Shown here: piece by piece, positions 1 to 9,573 of the stretch
Numbering within the stretch: position 1 is the stretch's first letter
Layout: every line of letters starts with the position of its first letter
Source of the DNA: Peptococcia bacterium
Lineage (GTDB): Bacteria; Bacillota; Peptococcia; DRI-13; DTU073
Length of the DNA: 64,000 nucleotides
Direction of reading: 5' to 3'
NCBI GenBank assembly: GCA_050951585.1
Contig: JBMNJI010000012.1
Span: forward strand, 1,556 to 65,555
Notes under the pieces: model-generated
Told to the model about the DNA's origin: nothing
The model's database searches: none
Seen by the model: the letters and a program-made list of their open reading frames with translations, nothing else
Made by a program: the position numbers and the translations under genes

Positions 1-111
1 CAGCAATTGACCGGCGAGACAGAAGAGATCGTGGAACAACTCGTGCAGGTTTTAAGAGGCGCAGGTTTGCATCTCGAAACCATGGCTGACGACAAGGCAG
101 GAGGGAAATAA
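1..111 (+). CDS. etfB: electron transfer flavoprotein beta subunit, C-terminal fragment (5' end outside window)
   Basis: Frame 1 is open from the window edge to TAA at 109-111, one nt before the etfA start. The etfB-etfA order is standard. The fragment is too short for independent family assignment. Confidence 0.4.
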   Translation, partial: QQLTGETEEIVEQLVQVLRGAGLHLETMADDKAGGK

Positions 112-112
112 A

Positions 113-1117
113 ATGACAGAAAACAAAACAGGTGGAATCTGGGTTGTCGCCGAGCAGATCGCCGGGCGGATTAATTCAGTTTGTTATGAACTTTTGAGTA
201 AAGCACGTCTTTTACAAACTCAGTTGAAGACACCTGAGCCGGTAGTGGCTGTTGTCTTAGGCAAGGAAGCGGCCGATCTTGAACAATTAAGCCGTTTCGG
301 GGCGGAAGAAATTATCACTGTTTTTGATGGGGCTCTAGAGTTGTATCAGAATGATGCCTATGTCAATGTTCTGGAGGAGCTGATTGCGCAGCGGAAACCG
401 TCGATTGTTCTAATCGGCGCAACGGCCATCGGCCAGGATTTGGCGCCGATGCTGGGGGCAAGATTAAAAACAGGGGTGGCGGCTCACTGTGTGGATGTCA
501 GGATAAATGAAGATAATCAAATGGTTGCCGTCGTACCGGCATTCGGCGGTAAAGTGCTGGGAGACATTCTTTGTCCGAACACCAGCCCGCAAATGGCCAC
601 ATTAAAACCAGGCGTACTGGGTAAGCCTGTTCCTGTTGATCATCCGTCTGCTGTAGTCACGGCATTTGATGCTTCTTGTGCATTGCAAAAAGACCGGGGC
701 CGGGTTAAGGCTCTGGAAATAGTGCGGCAAGAACAAACCGGTGTGCCGTTGGAGGAAGCGGAAGTAATTGTGACCGGCGGCTGGGGGATCGGGTCCAAGG
801 AGAACTGGGCTCTGGTTGAAGAATTGGCCAGGCTGTTAGGAGGAGCAGTAGGCTGTACCCGTCCGGTTGTGGATGAACAGTGGGTCCAAAGTGAGCAGCA
901 AATGATCGGGACAAGCGGTAAGTCGGTAAGACCGAAAGTCTATCTTGCTTTTGCGGTTTCCGGAGCGACTCACCATCTTTGCGGGATGAAAGATTCCGGG
1001 CTGGTCATCAGTGTGAATAAAGATGCGGAGGCTCCGATTTTCGAGGCTTCGGATGTCCGGATTGTCGGCGATGCCAAGACAGTTTTGACAAAATTGATTA
1101 ATAAAATTAAAGGCTAA
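113..1117 (+). CDS. etfA: electron transfer flavoprotein alpha subunit
   Basis: 334-aa ORF with a GGAGGG SD upstream. The C-terminal FAD-binding region 'YLAFAVSGATHHLCGMKDSGLVISVNKDAEAPIF' is typical of EtfA. Confidence 0.9.
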   Translation: MTENKTGGIWVVAEQIAGRINSVCYELLSKARLLQTQLKTPEPVVAVVLGKEAADLEQLSRFGAEEIITVFDGALELYQNDAYVNVLEELIAQRKPSIVLIGATAIGQDLAPMLGARLKTGVAAHCVDVRINEDNQMVAVVPAFGGKVLGDILCPNTSPQMATLKPGVLGKPVPVDHPSAVVTAFDASCALQKDRGRVKALEIVRQEQTGVPLEEAEVIVTGGWGIGSKENWALVEELARLLGGAVGCTRPVVDEQWVQSEQQMIGTSGKSVRPKVYLAFAVSGATHHLCGMKDSGLVISVNKDAEAPIFEASDVRIVGDAKTVLTKLINKIKG

Positions 1118-1378
1118 AAAAAGTAGCATACGCCACTTAATTCTCATTCTCTTGAGTTGGGTGCTTTCCTTGCCGGGATTCTTTCTACTTTAACCTCCCT
1201 GAAAAGTAGCGGATATCGGCAAGGAAGCATCCACATTATGATTGTATATAATATTCCGAAAAAGCATAAGAAAGTATAAAAATGTGTGTCTTGAAGAATT
1301 ATTTATAATATAATAAAAGGTAGCTAAAACGCAGACATAGACAGCTAATGAATATTTTATGAGAATTGGGGTATTTAC

Positions 1379-2182
1379 ATGAATCAATTCAAAGAGTCTG
1401 AACCAATCACAAACAGAGAAGACACACCTTATTATGTTATCAACTCGGTGATCAGAACCCTGGATATAATCAACTGTTTGAGCGAACTAGGCGAAGCCAG
1501 TGTCTCTGATGTCAGTAATTATTTAAAAATTACCAAGAGCACGGCTCATCGTTTTTTGGCAAGCATAAAATATGCCGGATATCTGAATCAGAATCCGGAT
1601 AATCAAAAATATAGATTATCAATCAGGTTATTTGAAATTGGCAATAAAATTATTGACCGTGTTTATATTAATGATGTGGCGAAACCAGTGATGCAGGATT
1701 TGGCGGAGATAACCGGGGAGACGGTCAATTTGGGTATTTTGGACAAACTAGAGGTCGTTTATATTGAGAAAAGTGTCAGTCAAAACAGTTTACGGATGGA
1801 TTGCCCGATTGGGGGAAGAGATCCTGCCTATTGCACTGGGCTAGGCAAAGCGTTATTGGCTTATTTGCCGGAAGCGGAACTGGACCGGTACCTGGCAGAA
1901 GGAAAACTGCAGCCGAAAACAGTAAATACGATTATTAATCCGGCAGTTTTGAAGGAGGAATTAAAGACCGTTCGCCAAAAAGGTTATGCCATCGATAAGG
2001 AAGAACTGACCAAAGGAATTTATTGTATCGCTGCGCCCATTATGAATAATGAAAACAAAGCGGTGGCGGCCATCAGTATTTCGGCGCCGAAGGTCAGGAT
2101 AAACAAGAAATCATTTGAATTAAGTAAAAAATTTCTCCTTGAGGCTGCCCAAAAAATCTCCAGGCAGATGGGGGCAAAGTAA
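1379..2182 (+). CDS. IclR-family transcriptional regulator
   Basis: 267 aa. N-terminal winged HTH ('VSDVSNYLKITKSTAHRFL') and a C-terminal IclR effector-domain pattern ('GLGKALLAYL', 'GYAIDKEELTKGIYCIAAPI'). Confidence 0.85.
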   Translation: MNQFKESEPITNREDTPYYVINSVIRTLDIINCLSELGEASVSDVSNYLKITKSTAHRFLASIKYAGYLNQNPDNQKYRLSIRLFEIGNKIIDRVYINDVAKPVMQDLAEITGETVNLGILDKLEVVYIEKSVSQNSLRMDCPIGGRDPAYCTGLGKALLAYLPEAELDRYLAEGKLQPKTVNTIINPAVLKEELKTVRQKGYAIDKEELTKGIYCIAAPIMNNENKAVAAISISAPKVRINKKSFELSKKFLLEAAQKISRQMGAK

Positions 2183-2435
2183 TCATGAAAAGGTGCCGCG
2201 AGGCTCCTTTTTTTGTTTGGCTTATAAGAAGGGTGTCCCTCAGTTAAGTTTAGTAAAAAAAGCCAGGGCCGTAAAAACGCTCGGGCTTTTTTTATGTCTG
2301 CGTAGCTTCTGCGTATGCGGGAGCCCATTTTATGGTAATTACAGGGCTAATTGTTGCAAGAGTGTATCAATTTTGCAATTTATAAAAAATATTTTTTATC
2401 TGGTGGAAGGAAAATAAATTTTTTCAGCGAATATA

Positions 2436-2479
2436 GTGGTATAGAGTGGAGTGAAGTGGTATAATGTGGAGTATAGTGG
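2436..2479 (+). promoter_or_regulatory. putative MraZ operator: five GTGG boxes at exact 10-bp spacing, overlapping a TATAAT hexamer
   Basis: GTGG occurs at 2436, 2446, 2456, 2466 and 2476. TATAAT lies at 2460-2465. The array is ~65-105 nt upstream of mraZ. Confidence 0.6.
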
Positions 2480-2541
2480 TTCACTTTATAAAAAGTTTAT
2501 AAAGAGATTATAAAAAATGCTAAAAGGTCAATTGGGAGGGG

Positions 2542-2988
2542 GTGAGGCAGTTGTTCACAGGTGAGTATCAGCACACAATAGATGAAAAAGGGCGTTTTTG
2601 TATGCCAGCCAAATTCCGTGGCGCGGTTGGCGATTGGCTGATGATTACCAAGGGTTTGGACGGCTGCCTCTTTGTTTACACCCGTAATGAATGGACGGCT
2701 TTAGAGCAGAAATTAAAGCAGTTGCCTTTTACCAACAGTAATGCCCGTGCCTTTGCCCGTTTTATCTTCGGTGGAGCGGTGGAGTATGAAATCGACAAGC
2801 AAGGGCGAATTTTGCTCTCTGCTCATTTGAGAGAATACGCCGGCATAAATAAGGACATTGTTATTGTTGGGGTAGGAACCCGCATTGAAATATGGAGCAA
2901 GGAAAAATGGGAGGTTTATAATCAGCAGTCTGAGGAAAATTATGAAGAACTGGCTGAGAAAATGGTGGAGTTGGATTTAGGATTTTGA
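2542..2988 (+). CDS. mraZ: transcriptional regulator MraZ
   Basis: Duplicated SpoVT/AbrB-like halves ('GEYQHTIDEKGRFCMPAKFR' and 'YEIDKQGRILLSAHLREYAG'). First gene of the dcw cluster. The ORF starts at GTG 2542; TTG 2551 (MFTGEY...) is better spaced from the SD GGGAGGGGG. Confidence 0.9.
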   Translation: MRQLFTGEYQHTIDEKGRFCMPAKFRGAVGDWLMITKGLDGCLFVYTRNEWTALEQKLKQLPFTNSNARAFARFIFGGAVEYEIDKQGRILLSAHLREYAGINKDIVIVGVGTRIEIWSKEKWEVYNQQSEENYEELAEKMVELDLGF

Positions 2989-2999
2989 GGTGACTGATC

Positions 3000-3938
3000 A
3001 TGGTCTTTGCTCATAAACCGGTTCTTCTCCGGGAGGTGCTGAAATTTCTTCGCCCCGCACCCGGGATGGTGATGGTTGATTGCACATTAGGAGGAGGCGG
3101 ACATAGTAAGGCAATCCTGGAAAGAATTCTCCCCGGTGGTAAGCTACTGGCCTTAGACCAGGACTTAGAGGCGATCGCTGCGGCTAAAGAAGTCTTAAGT
3201 CCTTTCGGGGAGGATAATTTTCAAATCTTTCACCGAAATTTTCGTGAGCTGGTCGATGTTCTTGCGAACACCGAATACGAAAAAGTGGACGGCATTCTGC
3301 TGGATTTAGGGGTTTCTTCTTATCAGCTTGACCAGGGGGAAAGAGGCTTCAGCTATCAACATGATGCACCGCTGGATATGCGGATGGATAGGACCAGGGG
3401 ACAGGACGCCGCTATTTTGGTGAATAATGCTTCCGCAGAAGAGTTGACGGAGATAATTCGGGATTATGGCGAGGAAAGATGGGCAAAACGGATTGCCTTG
3501 TTTATTACCGAAGAACGGCAGCGAGCTCCGATCGAAACAACCGGGCAACTGGTGGAGATTATCAAAAAAGCCATTCCCAGTAACGCCCGTCGCGAAGGGC
3601 CTCATCCGGCCAAACGGACCTTTCAGGCGCTCAGGATTGCTGTGAATCATGAGTTGGAGATTCTGACACCCACCTTGAGAGATGCCATTGAGCTCTTGAA
3701 ACCCGGAGGGAGAATCGCGGTGATTACTTTCCACTCCTTAGAGGACCGCCTTGTAAAAGAGGCTTTTAAGGAAGCCGCCCAAGGATGCACTTGTCCCAAA
3801 GATTTTCCGGTCTGTATTTGCCATCAAAAACCGCGCATCAAGCTTTTGTCGGGCAAACCAGTACTTCCGTCGCCGGAGGAATTGGCGGACAACCCGCGGG
3901 CACGCAGCGCCAAGCTGCGTATTGCGGAAAGAGTATGA
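3000..3938 (+). CDS. rsmH: 16S rRNA (cytosine1402-N4)-methyltransferase RsmH
   Basis: 312 aa with '[10 protein letters not shown]', '[10 protein letters not shown]' and 'SLEDRLVK' motifs. Canonical position after mraZ. Confidence 0.92.
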   Translation: MVFAHKPVLLREVLKFLRPAPGMVMVDCTLGGGGHSKAILERILPGGKLLALDQDLEAIAAAKEVLSPFGEDNFQIFHRNFRELVDVLANTEYEKVDGILLDLGVSSYQLDQGERGFSYQHDAPLDMRMDRTRGQDAAILVNNASAEELTEIIRDYGEERWAKRIALFITEERQRAPIETTGQLVEIIKKAIPSNARREGPHPAKRTFQALRIAVNHELEILTPTLRDAIELLKPGGRIAVITFHSLEDRLVKEAFKEAAQGCTCPKDFPVCICHQKPRIKLLSGKPVLPSPEELADNPRARSAKLRIAERV

Positions 3939-3997
3939 GCGGATGATTAAAGTGTGAAGATGAATAAAGTTCTAATCTGAAAGAAAGGTGAATAATC

Positions 3998-4630
3998 TTG
4001 GTAATGGCGTTAAGAAAAGCAGCAGGAGCCGAATATGATTATGGATACCATTACGGCAAGGTTAGTTCCGATCCGCTCGCAGAGAAGAAGAGACGGCGGG
4101 TTACGGCGAGAAAAAACCGGGCTTCTCTGGCTGCGGCTGTGGCCGCCTATACCTTTGTCATTACCGCCCTTTTTTTGACGGGGCTTGGTTATACCTTTCT
4201 GCAGGCCAGACTTGCCTGCTTAAACTGGGATTTGCAAAAGCTCGAAGAGGAAAACGTTGTCTTAGCGGGTGAAATTGAAAAAACCAATTTGCAAATAGCC
4301 AAATTGAAAGCCCCGAATAGAATAGAGAAACTGGCTGTCACCCAGCTAGGAATGATTAAAGATCCTGGCATTGAATACTTAGTGATGAATCAAGTGGGTG
4401 AAAAAGAGGCTGAGACGGCAGAAAAAGAGCTAAACAGGACCACCAGGGATGCGGAAACAGAAAAAGCAATGACGCAAGTAGCCTTTGGTGAAGTTGCCGA
4501 AGCTGATGTTACTGCCGGGATGGGGATAGCGGCTAAGATGCCTAGGCTGACCGGCGGTTTAGACGAGACCGATAATCTCTTTGCGAAGATCTATTGCCTG
4601 TTTGCGCAAGCTATCGGTGTTCAATCTTGA
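3998..4630 (+). CDS. ftsL: cell division protein FtsL-like (single TM plus coiled coil), with a long acidic C-terminal extension
   Basis: Sits between rsmH and the PBP gene. Has a TM segment 'AAAVAAYTFVITALFLTGLGYTF' followed by the coiled coil 'LQKLEEENVVLAGEIEKTNLQIAKLK'. Start is TTG 3998 or ATG 4004. Confidence 0.6.
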   Translation: MVMALRKAAGAEYDYGYHYGKVSSDPLAEKKRRRVTARKNRASLAAAVAAYTFVITALFLTGLGYTFLQARLACLNWDLQKLEEENVVLAGEIEKTNLQIAKLKAPNRIEKLAVTQLGMIKDPGIEYLVMNQVGEKEAETAEKELNRTTRDAETEKAMTQVAFGEVAEADVTAGMGIAAKMPRLTGGLDETDNLFAKIYCLFAQAIGVQS

Positions 4631-4643
4631 TTCTGCATTTGGG

Positions 4644-6824
4644 GTGAGGAAATTGTCCGTTTCGATTGATGTGAGGAAAAGGATTAGAAATATATTTATC
4701 GGTGTTCTGATTGCGTTGGTTTTTTTGATTGCCCGGCTCATTTGGGTACAGTTTGTGATGGGGGAGGAATTACGCGAAAAAGCGTATGCCGCCCGTTTCC
4801 GTAATGTTGAGGTTAAAGCCAAAAGAGGGGTAATTTATGATGCTAAGGGGAGACCCTTAGCTATTAGTGTAAGTACGGATTCTTTTTATGCCATCCCTGC
4901 CCAGGTCAAAAAATCCAAGCGGGCTGATGAGATTGCGGGGATCATTGCCGAGGTACTTGAACTGAAGAAAGAGGACGTCTTGAAGTTGATCACGAAGAAT
5001 CAGGCGTTTGTCTGGATTAAAAGGCATGTGCCCGAGGAAAAAGCGAACAAGCTAAAAACTCTGGGTCTGCCCGCCGGGGAAAACACCGCGGCGACGAAAA
5101 GCTTGCCGGGGATTAAGTATGTTGAGGAACCCGAACGCTTTTATCCCAAGGGAATGCTCTTGGCCAATGTTTTAGGTTTTGCGGGCATTGATAACCAGGG
5201 GTTAAACGGGATTGAGTTAACCTATGACAGTGTTTTGAGCGGTGTTCCCGGTACAATCATGGTTGAATTTGATAATCGGGGACAGGAAATTCCTGACGCC
5301 TTGCAAAAATATATTCCGCCTCAGGATGGCAATAGTATTTATTTAACGATTGATGAAACGATTCAGTATGTTGTGGAAAGAGAATTGGATGAAATTATCA
5401 AAAAACACAATCCCAAAAGAGCCGCAGCTCTTGTCATGGACCCCAAAACCGGGCGGATCCTGGCGATGGCCACGCGTCCAACCTATGATCCCAATCAATA
5501 TAACGAATATCCTCAAGCGACCTGGCGTAACATGGTCATTTCCGATGCCTATGAGCCCGGTTCCACCTTTAAAACAGTGACGATGTCGGGAGCGCTGGAT
5601 GAGGGAGTGGTAAAACTAAATGATCATTTTTACTGCGGCGGCTTTGTCCAGGTTGGAAAGCGCAGAGTTAAGTGCTGGAAGTCCTCGCACGGCAGTCAAA
5701 CCTTTGTGGAAGGCGTGCAAAATTCCTGCAACCCGGTTTTTGTGACGGTAGGGCTCCGGGAAGGTGTGGATACTTTTTATCGTTATCTGGATGGATTCGG
5801 TTTTGGGAAAAAGACGGGCATTGAGCTTCCCGGGGAGGCCACAGGAATACTCGTGAATAAGGATCTGGCCAGACAATCCGATATTTATCTGGCCACCATG
5901 GCGATGGGGCAGGCCAATGCCGTGACGCCTTTACAATTAGTGACAGCATGTTCGGCCATGGCTAATGGGGGGAAATTAATGAAGCCCCAGATCGTCAAAG
6001 AAATCCGTGATGCCAAGGGTAATCTTGTCAAAACCATTGAGCCCGAAGTCGTCCGTCAGGTTATTGCCCCGGAAACCGCAAAGCAGGTCATGGAGATTTT
6101 GGAGTCTGTGGTTACCGAAGGAACCGGTAGTAATGCTTATGTGGAAGGATATCGGGTTGGCGGAAAGACAGGGACGGCGCAAAAGATTATTCCCGGTGGG
6201 GGTTATTCCAGCAGTGAGTACATCGCCTCTTTTTTAGGGGTTGCGCCGACCAATGATCCCAGGCTGGTTTGTCTGGTTGTTGTTGATGCACCGCAGGGAA
6301 TTCACTATGGCGGACAGGTGGCCGCACCGGCTTTTCGCAATATCGTCCGTGATAGTTTGCGTTACCTTCAGGTACCGGCCCAGATTGAAGAGAAAAAGAT
6401 TCTAGGCCGCCAGGGAAAAACAGTTGAATTAGCAAATGTGGTGGGCATGAAACTTGAGCAGGCCCTGAAGGAATTAAAAAAGCAGAAAATAACCGCCGAA
6501 GTTGTGGGGGAGGGCACTACGGTAAAAGTGCAGTTACCTCTTGCCGGGACTAAGGTAGCAGAAGGAAGCAAGGTAGTATTATATAGCAGTATACCGGCAA
6601 AAGGGGCGGAGCCGGAAACGGTTGCCGTACCCGATTTTACAGGAAAGACCATCGGGGAAGTCAAAGAGTTGGCCGGTCTGCTGAACCTTAATTTTGAGAT
6701 ACAAGGGAGCGGCGAAGTCGTTCGGCAGGAACCGGAGCCGGGCATACAACTTCCGGTTGGCAGTACTGTGAAGATTTATCTCGAGGTATTGACGGAGGAT
6801 GCCATGGAAGTAATCGGACCTTGA
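4644..6824 (+). CDS. class B penicillin-binding protein (FtsI/PBP2B/SpoVD family) with two C-terminal PASTA domains
   Basis: Transpeptidase motifs 'STFK', 'SCN' and 'KTGTA'. Two PASTA-like repeats lie at the C-terminus. The ORF is open from 4581. I place the start at GTG 4644 ('MRKLSVSIDVRKRIRNIF') by resemblance to the SpoVD N-terminus; the start is uncertain. Confidence 0.85.
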   Translation: MRKLSVSIDVRKRIRNIFIGVLIALVFLIARLIWVQFVMGEELREKAYAARFRNVEVKAKRGVIYDAKGRPLAISVSTDSFYAIPAQVKKSKRADEIAGIIAEVLELKKEDVLKLITKNQAFVWIKRHVPEEKANKLKTLGLPAGENTAATKSLPGIKYVEEPERFYPKGMLLANVLGFAGIDNQGLNGIELTYDSVLSGVPGTIMVEFDNRGQEIPDALQKYIPPQDGNSIYLTIDETIQYVVERELDEIIKKHNPKRAAALVMDPKTGRILAMATRPTYDPNQYNEYPQATWRNMVISDAYEPGSTFKTVTMSGALDEGVVKLNDHFYCGGFVQVGKRRVKCWKSSHGSQTFVEGVQNSCNPVFVTVGLREGVDTFYRYLDGFGFGKKTGIELPGEATGILVNKDLARQSDIYLATMAMGQANAVTPLQLVTACSAMANGGKLMKPQIVKEIRDAKGNLVKTIEPEVVRQVIAPETAKQVMEILESVVTEGTGSNAYVEGYRVGGKTGTAQKIIPGGGYSSSEYIASFLGVAPTNDPRLVCLVVVDAPQGIHYGGQVAAPAFRNIVRDSLRYLQVPAQIEEKKILGRQGKTVELANVVGMKLEQALKELKKQKITAEVVGEGTTVKVQLPLAGTKVAEGSKVVLYSSIPAKGAEPETVAVPDFTGKTIGEVKELAGLLNLNFEIQGSGEVVRQEPEPGIQLPVGSTVKIYLEVLTEDAMEVIGP

Positions 6825-6920
6825 GTTTCCCGCGTAATTACTTCGGCAATAATAATACCAGAAACTCCAAAAATAGAATTATAGAAAAAAATATTATATT
6901 TTGTGAAAGGGTGGATACAC

Positions 6921-8426
6921 TTGAATTTGCAGGAACTGATCAATGGAATAGAATATATAGCATCTGGTGGCAAGCTCGATCTTGAAGTGGAAATGATTAC
7001 TGAGGATACACGCCAAATAAAAGCAAAAGCACTTTTTGTGGCTGTGCCGGGCTTTAAAACCGACGGACATAAGTTCATTCAGACTGCCTTGCAAAATGGG
7101 GCGGTAGCAGTGGTGATTGAGAATGAGGAGTACCGGTCCAACCAATACCCTTGGATCCAGGTAAAAAATTGCCGCAAAATTTTAGCTGATTTAAGCAGTG
7201 CTTTTTATGGACACCCCAGCCGTAAAATGAATATTGTAGGGGTAACAGGGACAAATGGAAAGACAACGACCACCAATCTGATTGCCAAGGTTCTGGAAAA
7301 CGCCCAGCACCGTGTTGGCTTGATTGGGACGATCCATAACCGCATCGGGGAGGAGATCATTCCGGTTGAACATACTACGCCGGGAGCGCCGGAGTTACAG
7401 CGCACCTTGCGGTATTTTGCCGAGCAGGGAGCGGATTATGCTGTTATGGAAGTAAGCTCCCATGCCTTGGATTTACATCGGGTTGATCAGACGGAATATG
7501 ATATTGCGGTATTTACTAATTTAACACAGGATCATCTTGATTATCACGAGAATATGGAAAACTATCTGGCCGCAAAGGGAAAATTATTTAGCAGACTGGG
7601 TCAGAACAGTTTTAAAAAGCGGCGTAAATTTGCTATTCTGAATGCCGATGATCCCGCAAGCGACCTGCTGGCGGACAGAACAATGGCGCCGGTGATTAAA
7701 TACGGGGTGAAAAACGATGCTGACGTCAAGGCGGAAAAGGTCAGGGTATTGCCCGAAGGTGTGGAATTTTATCTAAAGTACACGGATCAGGAGTTACCGA
7801 TCAAGCTTAAACTGGCAGGGCTATTTAATGTTTATAATGCCTTAGCGGCGATCGCTGTCGGGCTTGTTGAGGGGATTCCGGCCGAACAAATCATTGCTGT
7901 ATTAGAAGAGGTGCCAGGGATACCCGGACGTTTTGAAAATGTGCAAAGCGGCGGCAACGGTGATTACACGGTCATTGTGGATTATTCCCACACGCCGGAC
8001 AGTTTGGAGAATTGCCTGAAGACCGCCAGGACCTTTGCGAGAGGGCGGGTTATTGCCGTCTTTGGCTGCGGCGGAGACCGTGACCGGACCAAAAGGCCGC
8101 TGATGGGGGAAATAGCGGGACGCCAAGCGGATGTATGTATTGTTACCTCCGATAATCCCCGTTCGGAGAATCCGGAGAGCATTATTGATGAAATTATGCC
8201 AGGACTGGAAAAAACCATCGGAGGTAAACAGTATTTCCGTCTTGCCGACCGAAAAGAGGCAATTTTCAAGGCAATTCAGGAAGCAAAGCCGGAGGATGTG
8301 GTCATTATTGCGGGTAAGGGCCATGAAGATTATCAGATTATCGGTTCGGAGGTAATTCATTTTGATGACCGGGAAGTGGCGCTTGATGCCTTGCGTCAAA
8401 CCGGAAAGCTTAATAAGAGTAAGTAG
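6921..8426 (+). CDS. murE: UDP-N-acetylmuramoyl-L-alanyl-D-glutamate--2,6-diaminopimelate ligase
   Basis: Mur ligase motifs 'VTGTNGKTTTT' and 'TSDNPRSE', plus a 'DDRE' region. The ORF is open from GTG 6903. TTG 6921 follows the SD-like AAGGGTGGA. Confidence 0.9.
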   Translation: MNLQELINGIEYIASGGKLDLEVEMITEDTRQIKAKALFVAVPGFKTDGHKFIQTALQNGAVAVVIENEEYRSNQYPWIQVKNCRKILADLSSAFYGHPSRKMNIVGVTGTNGKTTTTNLIAKVLENAQHRVGLIGTIHNRIGEEIIPVEHTTPGAPELQRTLRYFAEQGADYAVMEVSSHALDLHRVDQTEYDIAVFTNLTQDHLDYHENMENYLAAKGKLFSRLGQNSFKKRRKFAILNADDPASDLLADRTMAPVIKYGVKNDADVKAEKVRVLPEGVEFYLKYTDQELPIKLKLAGLFNVYNALAAIAVGLVEGIPAEQIIAVLEEVPGIPGRFENVQSGGNGDYTVIVDYSHTPDSLENCLKTARTFARGRVIAVFGCGGDRDRTKRPLMGEIAGRQADVCIVTSDNPRSENPESIIDEIMPGLEKTIGGKQYFRLADRKEAIFKAIQEAKPEDVVIIAGKGHEDYQIIGSEVIHFDDREVALDALRQTGKLNKSK

Positions 8427-8569
8427 AAAAGCTGGAGAAAATTACACTTGCTATTCAAGACATTTTGGCATATGCTGGTGAATGTGAGTTTTTTATGTAA
8501 CTTCGATGTTAGCGGACGACGGCTTTGGTCAGAGCTGTTTTTGGCAAGAGACAGAGGAGGTTTTCCAGG

Positions 8570-9526
8570 ATGCAGGATTATCATCTGGCGCTAGTTTTAG
8601 CCATCGCCATTTGCTTATTTAGCGGACCGATCTTGATTCCGTTCTTACATAAATTAAAATTTGGACAGCAAATCCGCACCGATGGGCCGAAAGCGCATCT
8701 GAAAAAGGCCGGAACACCAACTATGGGGGGGATCATGTTTTTCCTGGGTCTCTCAGTGTGTTTTATCTTTAGCGAAGAGCTCTCATCGCGCCTTTTGGTT
8801 TTATTGCTGGTTACTTTTGGCTTCGGATTAATTGGTTTTTTTGATGATTTTATCAAGATTGTCATGAAACGCTCCCTCGGTTTAACGGCACGAGAAAAAA
8901 TCCTGGGACAACTTCTTCTGGCCGGGGTTTTTGCGTACGTGGCGGCGACTTACTTGGGCCGGGGGACGGAGGTCATCTTTCCCGGGACGGCCTTTCGTCT
9001 TGATTTGGGCTGGTTTTACCTGCCTTTTGCAATTTTCGTGCTTGTGGGCACGGTCAATGCGATTAATCTTACCGATGGCCTGGATGGTTTGGCCACGGGA
9101 GTAATGGTTTTTACGGCCTTAGTTTTTCTCTTGCTGGCTAATGCCTGGGGATTAACTGATGTCCGGCTGTTTTGTGCGGCCTTATTAGGCAGTTGCCTGG
9201 GTTTTCTCTTTTTTAATCTGCATCCGGCCCGCCTTTTTATGGGGGATACCGGGTCTTTGGCTTTGGGCGGAGCAGTAGGCGCCTTGGCTGTTATGATGAA
9301 AATGGAGCTGCTTTTACCTTTATTGGGAGCGGTTTATGTCATAGATACCCTTTCCGTTATTTTGCAGGTGGGCTATTTTCGTCTGACGGGCGGAAAACGG
9401 CTTTTTCTAATGGCTCCCCTTCACCATCACTTTGAGTTATTGGGGTGGAAGGAGCAGAAGGTTGTTTTTCTTTTCTGGTCTGCGGCGGCTTTTTTTGCGA
9501 TATTAACGGTAATTATTGTGTTATAG
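8570..9526 (+). CDS. mraY: phospho-N-acetylmuramoyl-pentapeptide transferase
   Basis: Polytopic membrane protein with 'GTPTMGG', 'NLTDGLDGLA', 'MGDTGSLALGG' and 'APLHHHFE'. ATG 8570 is preceded by GAGGAGG; the ORF is open from 8525. Confidence 0.92.
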   Translation: MQDYHLALVLAIAICLFSGPILIPFLHKLKFGQQIRTDGPKAHLKKAGTPTMGGIMFFLGLSVCFIFSEELSSRLLVLLLVTFGFGLIGFFDDFIKIVMKRSLGLTAREKILGQLLLAGVFAYVAATYLGRGTEVIFPGTAFRLDLGWFYLPFAIFVLVGTVNAINLTDGLDGLATGVMVFTALVFLLLANAWGLTDVRLFCAALLGSCLGFLFFNLHPARLFMGDTGSLALGGAVGALAVMMKMELLLPLLGAVYVIDTLSVILQVGYFRLTGGKRLFLMAPLHHHFELLGWKEQKVVFLFWSAAAFFAILTVIIVL

Positions 9527-9573
9527 CCAAGTGGCGGGAGATAGAGGAGCAGTAATTTACGGGGGGGAAGCAG

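Noticed and set aside
2183-2300. Possible terminators after the IclR gene (GGTGCC..GGCTCC+T7; AAAAAAAGCC...GGCTTTTTTT)
   Set aside because: The stems are short or mismatched. I could not convince myself of a stable hairpin by eye, so I did not list them as features.
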